NCBI GenBank assembly: GCA_010015585.1
Contig: ML975150.1
Length of the DNA stretch: 64,000 bases
DNA from: Eremomyces bilateralis CBS 781.70
Lineage: Eukaryota
Strand: one strand, 5' to 3'
The position numbers and the translations under genes were made by a program. The first letter of the stretch is position 1, and each line of letters opens with the position of its first letter. Under the pieces are notes generated by a model. That model was not told the origin of the DNA and ran no database searches. It saw only the letters and a list, made by a program, of their open reading frames with translations. Shown here one piece after another: positions 52,233-63,197 of the stretch.

Positions 52233-55001
52233 ATGAAGCCAAGATGGGCACTCATCCGCTCTTCGGTTCGAAGACCTCCTTCCAACGCGCATAGAGCTAC
52301 CATCCATGCCTCTCAGATCATTTCCTTCACAAGAGAATCACCGCCAATTACACAGGCGCAATTCTCAACATCAGAAGCGCGGTTATCTTCTGATGCTGCC
52401 CACCATGCGGTCCACCATCTCGAACATTATGCCAACCCCCAGCCGAACTGCGAGACGGCTCGCTTTACCCCAATCCGACGTGTGAAGATGGATAGCGAAG
52501 CCAGCGCGGTCCAGATACCTTCAAGACGACCCCCGAACTATCGACCAGAGCATGATTTTGGAACATGGGTGTTGGCTTTGCAGGACAGACAACTCTCGCA
52601 TGGGAGACAAGGAGTGATCGAGGTTTGGAGAAAATTGTGCAGCCACGGCTTGTATTTGCCGGAAGGGGGTGACGATGCACCTTATCTCTGGAATTGCTTC
52701 ATAGCGAACCCGGAATTGGTGGATGAAGTCTTCCAACACGCCGCCGAAAGGAAGCGAAAAGGGCACCTGAACTATCGAAAGCTGTATAGTCAGATTGTCA
52801 CTCATGCAATACGAGACCCTGCTCAGTTCGGCGATCCGGTTCACTGGCACCATCGGCTGGCCCGACATGGACTGGCTTCCACGCAAGACTTTCAAACGAT
52901 GGCGCGGTATGCGGTATCGAAACCCGAGTCTCTTCAGAGTTTGAAGCGGATTTTCCTTCGCTTGAACGATCGGAAGTACCAGGGCCTTGTGTTGGACGCT
53001 TTGGGTAATCAAGGCAGAATGACCCTTGCCTTGGAATGGCAGGCAATGCTCAAGGGAAACGATTCACGCCAAAACAATCCCTCCATACGCTATTATGTCC
53101 AAGACATTCAGAGCGAGACTGTTGCTAAAGAAACGAAGATACAAACGCAAAGCCAAGACGAAGGGACAATGCCACACTCCGCGCCATCACGACTCCCGAA
53201 ACTCACTCTACGAAATAAAACAGACGAGGGTGTAACACTTACCGACGACCTTCTATCTCGAATTCTAGCTACCCGTGCATTCTCTCTTAACGTGATCTTG
53301 AAAGGCCTCTCCATGCTTTCTTTACCTCTGATCGGTACTTCGGCATTACGGGCGATCGCTCTGCGGTCGGGCGACTCACAAACATTCATGGAGTATCTCA
53401 CGGAGCTGGCAGAGGCCAACGTTGCGATCGAAGCCAGTCATTACACGCATATGATCCTGAATTTGGCAACATCTGGGCGGGAAGAAGAGTTGCAAGCTGT
53501 CTTGAACAGTGACCAGCACCCCAGCAACTTTGACGATATCGGCCTTCAAGAACACCTGCTCCGACAATGTCTTTCCAGAGGAGATCTCGAGAGTGCAAGA
53601 CCCGTATTGACATTCTTGACGCTCAACTCTCAGCATCCCAGTCTCGAAGCCTGGAACATGGTTCTGAAGCAATACGCCGTTAACCGGGACGTGGTCCGCA
53701 TCCATCAAACGCTGGAACGGATGGAAGCCGAAGGAATTCACATACATAGGTCATCCTTGACGATGTTGTGTCAGTATTGTCTGCGTTGGCGTCGTGGACG
53801 ACATCCCCCCCCAGCGCTACCGGGTCGCCGCGCTGGCGGACCTGAAGACGATATGGAGCCTCTCACTTCCAATCGACGCCCATTTACGCGGGACGAGGAA
53901 GCATTTGCTCTCGTGGGCATCTGGAAGAAGCTCATTACAAGTGGGTATAGTATCTCTCCGTTGCGTTGGCACGAGCCGCTCCGTCGGCTAGGTCACCTGG
54001 GCCATTTTGAGGAGCTTAGCAAGCTTTGCGGCTGGCTGGCGGACTGGTATGCTCCGCGACCCACGTCTAATTCGAAAGGATGGAGAGGCAGTCAAAGAGA
54101 GAAAGTCAAGGCACGAGCGCTGCTGACAATGTCTGACCCTCGTCATCCCTTGCGGCGACTGTTTTCCGAAAGCTTCCAGAAAGCCGTGATAACATGGGGC
54201 ATTCAAGACGGCATTCGGCGGGTTCTGACTTGGAATGGTCGCGCCATGGCCTACAAAAATGGGAGATATACCATTTCCGTGGAGTCCGGTTCCCCAAACG
54301 GTCCTGCAAAGAGTGCGGGCCATGAGACACCCCAATACGTAGACTGGGTCCTTATTTCGGAGATGGAAGCCCAACGCAGAAAGGGGATGGAACAAGATAT
54401 GATCCAGGAGGTCATCCAAAGACCCGATCCGAGCGTGTTCACTGGAGGACTCAAGGTCCTGACCGATCTCCAGCAACACCGCGGCGTGGTCGTCAACACA
54501 GTTGAAATACGGCGAGGGGTCAACACATCGCTGTGGCGGATCTTTGGCATCGGCCGGCGGTCTCGGCGACTGAATTTTCGGTTTAAAATATTGAACGCAT
54601 ACAAGCTAGAAGAGATAGTCCTCGAGATGGAGAAGGCATGGGGCGCTCGAGGGCCAGGCCTCTGGCCGCGGCTGATGACGAGGAGCGAAGCTCACGATCG
54701 TTACGTGAGTGGGCAAGTTCAAGGACTCAGTTTGATACAGCAATTAGTTGAGAGCAAAAATCCGGAGTCTACGTCGAAGGGGAGCGTTATGTTGGAGCCG
54801 GATGAGATTCTACACCGGAGGATGCGGATGGCCTTTGTTCTATTTGGACCTAAACCAGCCATCCTTGTCGGAAGTCGAGCTCGAGGGTTGCAAAGGAAAA
54901 TCCCTCACGATACATGGACGAAGTTGGTCGAGAGGTGGGCGGTAAGAGGGGAAGGGACTTTTGACGCATACGGAGCCTTCACGCTCCCCTCATCCGAGTA
55001 A
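52233..55001 (+). CDS. Probable mitochondrial pentatricopeptide-repeat (PPR) protein
   Basis: Long intronless ORF. The first ATG (52233) gives an Arg/Ser-rich presequence-like MKPRWALIRSSVRR, followed by helical PPR-like units such as WNMVLKQYAVNRDVVRIHQTLERMEAEGI and HYTHMILNLATSG. Confidence 0.65.
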   Translation: MKPRWALIRSSVRRPPSNAHRATIHASQIISFTRESPPITQAQFSTSEARLSSDAAHHAVHHLEHYANPQPNCETARFTPIRRVKMDSEASAVQIPSRRPPNYRPEHDFGTWVLALQDRQLSHGRQGVIEVWRKLCSHGLYLPEGGDDAPYLWNCFIANPELVDEVFQHAAERKRKGHLNYRKLYSQIVTHAIRDPAQFGDPVHWHHRLARHGLASTQDFQTMARYAVSKPESLQSLKRIFLRLNDRKYQGLVLDALGNQGRMTLALEWQAMLKGNDSRQNNPSIRYYVQDIQSETVAKETKIQTQSQDEGTMPHSAPSRLPKLTLRNKTDEGVTLTDDLLSRILATRAFSLNVILKGLSMLSLPLIGTSALRAIALRSGDSQTFMEYLTELAEANVAIEASHYTHMILNLATSGREEELQAVLNSDQHPSNFDDIGLQEHLLRQCLSRGDLESARPVLTFLTLNSQHPSLEAWNMVLKQYAVNRDVVRIHQTLERMEAEGIHIHRSSLTMLCQYCLRWRRGRHPPPALPGRRAGGPEDDMEPLTSNRRPFTRDEEAFALVGIWKKLITSGYSISPLRWHEPLRRLGHLGHFEELSKLCGWLADWYAPRPTSNSKGWRGSQREKVKARALLTMSDPRHPLRRLFSESFQKAVITWGIQDGIRRVLTWNGRAMAYKNGRYTISVESGSPNGPAKSAGHETPQYVDWVLISEMEAQRRKGMEQDMIQEVIQRPDPSVFTGGLKVLTDLQQHRGVVVNTVEIRRGVNTSLWRIFGIGRRSRRLNFRFKILNAYKLEEIVLEMEKAWGARGPGLWPRLMTRSEAHDRYVSGQVQGLSLIQQLVESKNPESTSKGSVMLEPDEILHRRMRMAFVLFGPKPAILVGSRARGLQRKIPHDTWTKLVERWAVRGEGTFDAYGAFTLPSSE

Positions 55002-55705
55002 GATTGGCAGGAGGGCATTAGGATCACGTCGCAGGGAACGTCATCAGCGTCGCGACGATTGGCCAGCTAAGCGGCCGAGTTCACTGTACATAATCAGGTT
55101 GTAAAGCCGTGTAAGAGGTCTCTAAACGAGCTTGTAATGTCAGCATTTGCTGGTCGTGTGTATCCTCCAGCTTGAAGTATGGGGTAAGGAGTGTAGGGAG
55201 TCCCTGTTTCACTTTCACGTCTGGAACACGACCGACATACTCTCCCTGAACCTAGATCAAACAGAAGGTTTATATTAATAACCGAACCTACATGCAGAAG
55301 CTCGAGGATTTGAGTCTTGGGATATCCGATTGGCACCTTTAATAGGTAATACTACCTGGATCAAGAAACTTTACTCGTCTCCGAAGTGTGAGCGAGGCTG
55401 GCATCCGACCTCCCGAGGCATTACTACTCCATCATCGATTCAGTTAGTTAAGGGGTCTTGATCGTCCTCACATGCACTCCATGCTCCCTATACCCTAGGG
55501 TGCGTCGTTTATCGTATACACTATACCCGCTGAACCTTAATCTGATAAAATACCATTCTCACATCCTTTGATCCGGATATCTAAGGCTAATTTCGCTCGT
55601 CTGGTGCAGCGGCAGAGAGGCATGGTTGAAAGTCCAGTCCCCTCCTCGTTGCGGCTTGATGACACAAATACCTCATCATCAACTCATCGATAAACCCAAT
55701 AGCTC

Positions 55706-57007
55706 ATGATGGGTGACGCGATGGCTTTCTCCAACCCATTTGACTTCATGAGTCTTCCTCCAGAAATCCGCCTTCAGATCTATTCACACCTGTTGAACCC
55801 CGCTGACAACATTCAACCGCATCCGACGCACGATGATTGCGAAACATATCACTTCGAAAACCTCCTCAATCTCCTCCTCACTTCTCGAACGGTCTCGGAC
55901 GAAGTCGCGCGACTGTTCTACTCTAAAAACACATTCGTTCGGGTCGAAACGCCATGGGAGGAGGCGCAAAATCACATCGAGGAACAAGGGTTGATACCCT
56001 TAATATGCGTTGGGGAGAAGGCAGAACGATTCCAACGGTACCATCTTGGGTTGGAGATTCGGTGTCCGGCGTACGAAAACCATATGATGCGGCATCGCAT
56101 GGGGATCGAAACCCACATCGAGCCTCCTCCCAGCATGGAGTTCCAGATGCCGACCTGCAAGGTCGTCATCCTTCTTGAGCACCTATCTGCATTCTGCAGA
56201 ATCTGGTTCTACTCCGATATCTCCAACCCCGGGGGTCTCAATGGACACCTGGACCTTACGGTGCACCTCCAAAACCCCAATGCTACGGGAGGGGTGGAGG
56301 CGAACGCTCCGGTTCCAAAAGCGCTTCAGCAAAAGCTGTTGAGCCCATTGGGGGCCGTCCGCGGCCTGGCGGAGATCAAGTTCCAGGGCGAGGTTTACAA
56401 GAGCATCGAACAGGCAGTGAGGCAAGAGATGATGAAACCATACGTGTCGCAGGAGGACTGTCTGGAGCAGTCCGTGGCGCTCAAGAAGCGCGGAGACGAA
56501 GTGCTGAAAGACGGGAAAACTCGAGAGGCAATCGAAATTTACGAGAAAGCATTTTACGCTATCCATATCACCTGCAAAGGACGCCGTAGGCATATCTGGG
56601 GCGATGCATTTTTCGACAAGCAGCTCGCCTCCGGCACCTACGAAGGTCAACATGGAGAGTGGATCAGAATCATGCTCCGACTGAAGTTGGTCTCGCAGGT
56701 CGTGCTCGCATACTCGACGCTGAAAGAGTACGAAGAAGCGGAATTCTGGGGTATGAGGACAATATACATAATGAGGCAACGGATGGGTGTGGAGGACGAT
56801 GAAGACACTCCCCTTATCGGCTTCCCCTCCGCTGGCGACATTGGCAGAATCTACTTCAGGACAGGAGTCGCCATGAAGGAGCAAGCAAAGCTCGAGGATG
56901 CCCGCAAACTTCTGAAGGTTGCACACGACTATCTTCCCGAAGACCAGGAAGTGATCGCCGCGCTCAGGAGCATCGGCTGGACGCCGGGATTGACTCGTCC
57001 TTTTTAG
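55706..57007 (+). CDS. F-box-like N-terminus plus TPR-like C-terminus protein of unknown function
   Basis: PFDFMSLPPEIRLQIYSHLL (F-box-like motif); ALKKRGDEVLKDGKTREAIEIYEKA and GRIYFRTGVAMKEQAKLEDARKLLKVAHDYLPEDQEV (TPR-like). 433-aa ORF. Confidence 0.75.
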   Translation: MMGDAMAFSNPFDFMSLPPEIRLQIYSHLLNPADNIQPHPTHDDCETYHFENLLNLLLTSRTVSDEVARLFYSKNTFVRVETPWEEAQNHIEEQGLIPLICVGEKAERFQRYHLGLEIRCPAYENHMMRHRMGIETHIEPPPSMEFQMPTCKVVILLEHLSAFCRIWFYSDISNPGGLNGHLDLTVHLQNPNATGGVEANAPVPKALQQKLLSPLGAVRGLAEIKFQGEVYKSIEQAVRQEMMKPYVSQEDCLEQSVALKKRGDEVLKDGKTREAIEIYEKAFYAIHITCKGRRRHIWGDAFFDKQLASGTYEGQHGEWIRIMLRLKLVSQVVLAYSTLKEYEEAEFWGMRTIYIMRQRMGVEDDEDTPLIGFPSAGDIGRIYFRTGVAMKEQAKLEDARKLLKVAHDYLPEDQEVIAALRSIGWTPGLTRPF

Positions 57008-57384
57008 ACGTATGATGGCGAAGTTCGACGTCGAATCTGCATTTGAACGGCGTTTTAACAATGGTTTGGCAGGCTGCCTATACCACTCGCGGATCTCTGG
57101 GTATTTGGATGAGGAAGATTATGAGATACGAATATTCCATTACGAATCAAGCGTTGTTTGATCCTTTAACTAAAATGAAATTGGAAGTAACGAACCGAAT
57201 TGTTGCATAGCTTGCGTATACCGGTATCGATGTGCCTAAACAGGTGGCCACTCAATAAGTAACGCAAGGGACATTTCGAGTGCTTTCTCACACTTGAAGA
57301 CGACCTTCAAACACTATGATTCACCTCCTCATCCACATATCCCGATATTCTTCTTCAGCGACTATTTTGACTCCCCTAGAACCA

Positions 57385-57674
57385 ATGGCTTCAGATATAG
57401 ACATCACAGTACGGTGTCCAGGCCAGAAAACAGACACTGCCGCTCCCTCAATAGATTTCCTTCGAGGCACTTGGCATGTCACGCACTCAACTCTGCCAAT
57501 GTGGGTCGAAGAGGAACGTGCGAATCATCTATATGCTACGAGAGACGGCATCTTCTGCGACCTCGTACGTGCCTGTCACTGGAGAGTGTTGAAGGCATCA
57601 CGAACGCACTGAGTAAGGTTGAGAACAGGGAGCTGCAGGCTTTGGCTGGACGATTATTTGAAGTTGCAAATTAA
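57385..57674 (+). pseudogene. Degraded fungal lipocalin-like gene fragment
   Basis: MASDIDITVR...PSIDFLRGTWHVTHSTLPMW, then a frameshift at ~57505 to SKRNVRIIY, then another shift to SVEGI. Matches my recollection of a fungal family motif GTWHVTHSTLPMWKSKRNVRITY...TVEGID; the rest of the gene is missing. Confidence 0.6.
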
Positions 57675-59022
57675 CCGTCGGAACACTCGTCAGATGACCG
57701 ACTCTTATAAGCCACCTCCAAATCAGCGTTGAAATCCTTCATCAACTCATCAATCCGTTCGCTGTACCTCTTGGAAGGTTGTGGAGGATTCCAGAGCGAG
57801 CATTTCGTATCTTGTGCCTGGCCTTGGGACAGCTCTTCTATCCCATCATACCAACCGCCTTGAATCAACCCCATCTCAATGTCATGCCATTCGTCGAGCT
57901 TGCTTTCCCCAACTTTCGGATCCAAGTCCCCGACCCGAGTTTCAATGCCCTCGAGTCCTTTATCCCAGTGGTATCGGACATATACAGAACAGTCGCGAAA
58001 GGTCATGGCCAGCTGTAGGTCTTTCAACTGCTGTGAGGACATTCCGCCCGGTTGAGCTCTGAGCTTGACTATACCGAGCGGATCCAGCTGCTCTTGCAAG
58101 GCGGCTAATTTGTCAAGAATCGTTCGACCTTTTCCGCTGTAGAAATACTCCGTCAGATCCTGCAGTACATCCGGAAGACGCTCTCGTAGTTTCGACTCTG
58201 CACATGGGATGCCATTGGCTCGAAGGGTTTGAAGGATCTCCAAGCGAGAATTATCGGGGTGGTCTCCAACAAGGTTCCTGGGACACTGCACTTCTCCCAC
58301 CGGAGCCATGCCTTCAGTGCCTCGCATTGCTCTTAGTGCACATGTGCGGCAACGCCTTGCCGACTTGGAAGCGTTCGGCGAATGCGAGAGCCACTTCGGC
58401 TTGAATTGGATCGTGAATGAGCTTCCGCGAATGCCTGACATATCCTCCATGAGTAGGCCAAATAGCTCAGATTCTTCCAGGATGGAATGCTCTCGGCTGT
58501 CTGGACGATTTCCCAAGGCTTGGTGCAAAATCAGCTCTTTGTTACATGCCGAGATGACCCGGGGGTGGACTCTGATCTTCCGGGAGGGAATGAGCCACTC
58601 GTGGCCGCCCAGACTTGGTGCGATCACGTCCTCAAGATAATCTTCGGCAGCAGTTGTGGAGACATAGGACTGCTTTGAAGAACCTGGGGCCTTGCGAAGG
58701 CGAAGAACTTCATCCTGGATCCGCTCGCAGGTGGATGCATCCCTATGGCCTTTTACCGCACTCAACGGTCGCTGGAGGACCGCCCTCGACCATTTCACAG
58801 GGTCAGTCCTGATCTGATAGACCACATTCGCTCCGCCCTAAACTCAATTAGCGGTCGTTAAAGGGAGGTTAGATGAGACTTTACCTCAGCCAGATACTCC
58901 AACCGTATTGCCAGGGATTCAGCAGGGGAGCTGCCGATATACGGGATAATCTCCTGCGGGTTCTCCGTTTCGCTCAAAAGGGCAATAACAGGGGCCTCTT
59001 CAGGGCCATATTTTGACGGCAT
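57671..59022 (-). CDS. IPK1: Inositol-pentakisphosphate 2-kinase
   Basis: LEYLAE|GGANVVY across an intron (~58884-58839), LRLRK, QFKPKWLSHSP, CRTCALR, AMTFRDCS, DLDPK. Confidence 0.9.
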
Positions 59023-59708
59023 GAAAGCTCAAGATGGCGTGTTTCCATCTAGTTCCTCATGTGACAGTCTCTAGTGTAGACAGATTTCCGACTCTAGCAT
59101 CCCTTCCTGGACTCGATTTGACAGGTCATCAATAGGCGATCGTGCCAGGGGAGACCGGACGTCCGCAGAGCAAACACTGAGCAACGATACTCGGTAATGG
59201 CCAGCCTTCTTCATTGAAATATCAGAATAAAATAATGCGCACATCTTCAACTGCTTGATGTCTCTTCCGTGATGGATATATGGGTGCGTCCGGCGGTAAT
59301 TGAAAAACTAGAAGCTGCCGCCCCCTTGATGGAGACTGCGTGATGAGGACAATAGCCAATCATCATCAGCAGCAGCAGCCGCGTTGGGGGATTTTCTAGT
59401 TGGGCAGTGGCTTTGGAGCACGTGAACCACTAGAACTTCGGTTTACGTACCACGGTACGTACGTACTACCTCCACTCCTGCTGTCACCTGTAGCAGAATG
59501 GCCCCCTGACGTCAGGCGTGAGCCACACCCCAGCACATTAGTACTAACTAGGTAATGTGTAGCAACTGCGTTAACTATTCCATTCAGTTACTCCGTACTC
59601 TGCCAGAAATCAGAATCAATGTTTGCAAACATAGTACCGTCCCAGAGCATTGGCCGAGGCTGACACGGTCGTTCCATTATAGTAACCGCTACCAGCTGGA
59701 TAAACTTC

Positions 59709-60335
59709 TCACCAGATCCATGCTCCTAAGAGAAGACCGCAAATACCTCCTAGCGACTTAACCAATCCTTTGACAGCGACGTTCGCTCCGATACCCGGCG
59801 TCGATTGCACCCCTTGCCCACCTGCCCCGGTAGCTGCCGCAGTCCCACTCCCAGCTGATGTCCCCTTTGAAACTCTTGCCGTTGTTGTCGCTGTGCCTTC
59901 TGTCGCCGACACTCCCAACGTAACCACCTGCCCATCCGTGTTTGTATACACGCCAGTGAGCAAGTTGCCACGTTCGCCAGCCTCGTCCAAGAAGTCACCG
60001 GTATTCAGATCGATGCAGATGATCAGCTGGTCGGAGCTGGAACCAGACGCGGAGCTGTAGAATTGAATACAGGTCTGTCCGCCGTCGCACACGAGAGGGG
60101 TATCGCGCTTGGGTATGTCGATGGCGGAGCGTTTGATGTATCCACCCGCGTTGAATAGCCCGTGGTTGATCAGGCCATCGCAGATATCATTGCTGTCGCA
60201 GACGGAGCCGGAACCGCCGCTGTTTGAAGATGTGTCGGAGATGTCGACTGGCGTAGCAGAGGATATACTGCAAGTGGCCGAGACATATACGGGAAGTAGC
60301 AGATTGGCGAGAAAAAGAAGATATGCTGGCACCAT
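59709..60335 (-). CDS. Putative GPI-anchored cell-surface protein
   Basis: Signal peptide MVPAYLLFLANLLLPVYVSA, Cys-containing region, Thr/Gly/Ala-rich stalk and hydrophobic C-terminus (GLVKSLGGICGLLLGAWIW). Confidence 0.75.
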   Translation of the reverse strand: MVPAYLLFLANLLLPVYVSATCSISSATPVDISDTSSNSGGSGSVCDSNDICDGLINHGLFNAGGYIKRSAIDIPKRDTPLVCDGGQTCIQFYSSASGSSSDQLIICIDLNTGDFLDEAGERGNLLTGVYTNTDGQVVTLGVSATEGTATTTARVSKGTSAGSGTAAATGAGGQGVQSTPGIGANVAVKGLVKSLGGICGLLLGAWIW

Positions 60336-60741
60336 GACTGCGAAAATCCCGACCGTTGATGAAGTAGAAGCCAGCGGACGACTCGATGCTGAAAGGTGAC
60401 TTGGTGTCTTTTCCACAGCGCACTTTCCGCATTTTATATCGCCTGTGAATTGTGATCCAGCATCCACCCTCTCTAAGGGGTCTAAGAATGAATAGGAGGC
60501 GCCGTCGCTCATGTCTTAACCGTAAGCTGCCTCCGTACTGGCTCATAATTTTACATTAAACCTTGGGCTGTGGTTTCCGCGGAGACCTCCAAAGCTTCAA
60601 TGGGCTTGTAAAAAGTTTCATACTATGTAGTAGAAGGCTTCGCTAAGCCCTGACCAACTATATTTCTATTTAGCACAAACAAGCCTCTCACCGAGTTTTA
60701 TTGATACCGAAATATAACCTCACAGCTAAGCCCAACTTCTG

Positions 60742-60780
60742 AGGCTTGGAAAAGGCTTGGAAAAGGCTTGGAAAAGGCTT
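60742..60780. repeat. 11-bp tandem repeat AGGCTTGGAAA x3.5
   Basis: aggcttggaaa aggcttggaaa aggcttggaaa aggctt read directly. Confidence 0.85.
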
Positions 60781-62298
60781 ATAACCCCTGTCCAGCCACA
60801 TGCGCATTGAAGGCAAATAGCCAAATACGGATCCCTATATTGGGTGTCTGCGCTGATTGTACGTAACAGAATATCACCGAAGTTGGCTGCCGGATAAGAT
60901 TTTATTTGTGGAAGGAGATTGCCGGATTTGTGCTACCGACAATTGTCGTCGGCAACCACCTCTGACTTGGTTGCTCGCAAGGCTTATGGGTTGACAGTCG
61001 ACATCCTGTCCAAGGCGAGCGGTCAGCAGCGTGGTATAGTAGGTAGCTATGGGGTAGACATGAACAACTACTACCTGGCAGCCAGTGAGAGATGTTGTGT
61101 CCTCGAGCGAGGGAAGAATAACCTAGCAGACAAAGTCGAGGGCGACCATGAGACCATAAGTTAGTTAACTAATAGACTAACTAGTTAATGCACTTCACCA
61201 GTTCCCCGTACTCGATAAGTTAAATCCCCGTTCGTTTGTTGTTGCCGCCGTTGCGTCACCAAATCGTTCTCTTCGAGAACATTGTGGCCGGCCCCTGATC
61301 TAGCGTTTCAATGGATAGTGTCATATACTGGAGATGCGGGCTCTCCCTTAGCTTCGCGACAACGCAGTGCGGGTCTCTCAATGGCACCTGGGAGTGTCAC
61401 AGGTGGGAAAGATCGAACGTATAAAGCTTATACTTCGAAACCTGGGACACTCCGGTGTCATAAACGCCGACGACCCATGTTAGGCTGGATTCTCCGTAAG
61501 CTGGAGCACCTATGAAGAAAGTGGGGTGCGCTGCTTCATCACCAGAAGAGTGATAGAAGGTGACACGCCGTTCACGGCTTTCCAAGTCGTTGTTCAACTC
61601 GGTTCACCTCCTTCGTACCACTGATGTACGAGATCGGCTATATGCCCAGCCTATAGGGAGGTCGCCATATGCCGCGTAACCGCTAGATAGCAAGGACGCG
61701 ATTCGGATCTCTAGCGATGTCATCCACATGCCATCCGACTCCGGGTTGAACCTGGGGCGGGCTTCATTTGAGATGGCAACATAACTGGTCACTAATGGAC
61801 TGAGCTGTGACTGCGGTACCTCTCACATAGCTAATATCGACGGACTGTGCAGCCGCGACAAGCCTATCCGTCCAGTGTGCTTAATAGAGCCTTTCGTCAG
61901 AAGAATGTACAACTGATGTCCCCTAATCTGACACTTCAGAGGTGCCATGGTGACCGGCTGGTAAATGTAGGAGAAAAAGTCACGGGGTCAGGGGTAGCGA
62001 TAGGATATATGTGCGACCTGGAATTAGTGCTAGACAAATCCAAGGACAAATCCATGGTAGTCTCGTTTGGGTTGAGGAGCAATGCTGGGTTGTCTTGTTC
62101 ATGCTGAATGGTAATCGTTGGAATAATTTGTCGATCCTGAGCTGAATCGGCGGTGCCTCGTTGGTGGTTGCTGCCTTAGTTAGTGGTTCCATGCCGTCCG
62201 TCTCTGAACGATGTCGAACCTCAATAACGTTGTGGCAGAGGGGTTTTGCATCCATTATCTCAACTTTCAATGCTTCGACCTATCCACTAGCCGTAGCC

Positions 62299-63197
62299 TT
62301 ACCCGTACCATTCGGTTAACAACCTCAAAGGGATCTCGTACTCACCATGGTACTTGTCATGATACCCCATGAGTCGGATCCCAGCTGCTTCATTACAGTG
62401 ATCGGGGGACAGCGCCATGAGTCCAGATGTCTGCAGGTGCAGGTATTTGTCCTTGGAATATGACCATGCGAAGATAGACTGATCATCGGATTTCTTGACT
62501 ATTTCTTGCTGCAGCCGTAAAAAAGCCTTGCTTCCCTCACCATATAGCAGCGGCATACTCACGTTAAACAGCCCGAGAAGGGAGTAAGCTTGGTCCTCAA
62601 GTCTTGTGGTTCGCCTCCCGGATGCCCATGACATCTTCTCCGCAATGCTGCTTGTGGCCCATCTTCCTTCCTCGAGCATCTTCCGGCCGATATGGGTGAT
62701 TCTCGATACCGCCGCGCAAAGGGACTTCTTCGTACCGATCTCGACCCAGTCCGATCCTAGGAACACACCTCGGCCGGCGCGAGTAGTTCTTGTAATGATT
62801 AACCACGTGTGAACCATCGGCTAAGAGAAAAGGACGATTTAAGGGCCGTAGGATCCTCGGAGGAATCGACGTCGCTTATGTAGACATAACAGACAGCCGC
62901 ATCAGAGTACCATTTGAATATGGAATTGATGGCTTCGGACAGCTCGGCGCTAGAAGACTTGTCGATGCAACAGGTATCGATCCATACGTATTGGAAGCCT
63001 TCAGATTTTGCAATCCTACAGCAGCCGCGGATCTTCTCATAGACTATCTTAGACCAACTCTGTTCACTGATGTGGTCTGCAAATGATACCTCCTCTTCAC
63101 CCCATGTATGAGAGAGGAACGCGTACAAAGGGATGTCAATGCCGACTTCACCGATGAAGTCCTCGAATTCTAATGTTTGGACGTTGACCAGCCGCAT
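62299..63197 (-). pseudogene. HET-domain (heterokaryon incompatibility) protein, disrupted
   Basis: MRLVNVQTLEF, YAFLSHTWGEEEV, WIDTCCIDKSSSAELSEAINS, SRWFTRG*SLQELLAP (TAA at the conserved Trp, 62799-62801). A 1-nt frameshift at ~62765 leads to VFLGSDW...KMSWASGRRTTRLEDQAYSLLGLFNVSMPLLYGEG..AFLRLQQEI...DQSIFAW. A degenerate tail may extend to ~61400. Confidence 0.88.

Noticed and set aside
56183..57061. 292-aa antisense ORF, and similar shadow ORFs over DOA10, the KDEL protein, btgC and catalase
   Set aside because: These are opposite-strand or alternate-frame shadows of well-supported genes, as expected from codon bias.
60742..60780. 11-bp repeat as a possible CRISPR or telomere-like array
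   Set aside because: No spacers, eukaryotic context and not TTAGGG-like; it is a simple minisatellite.
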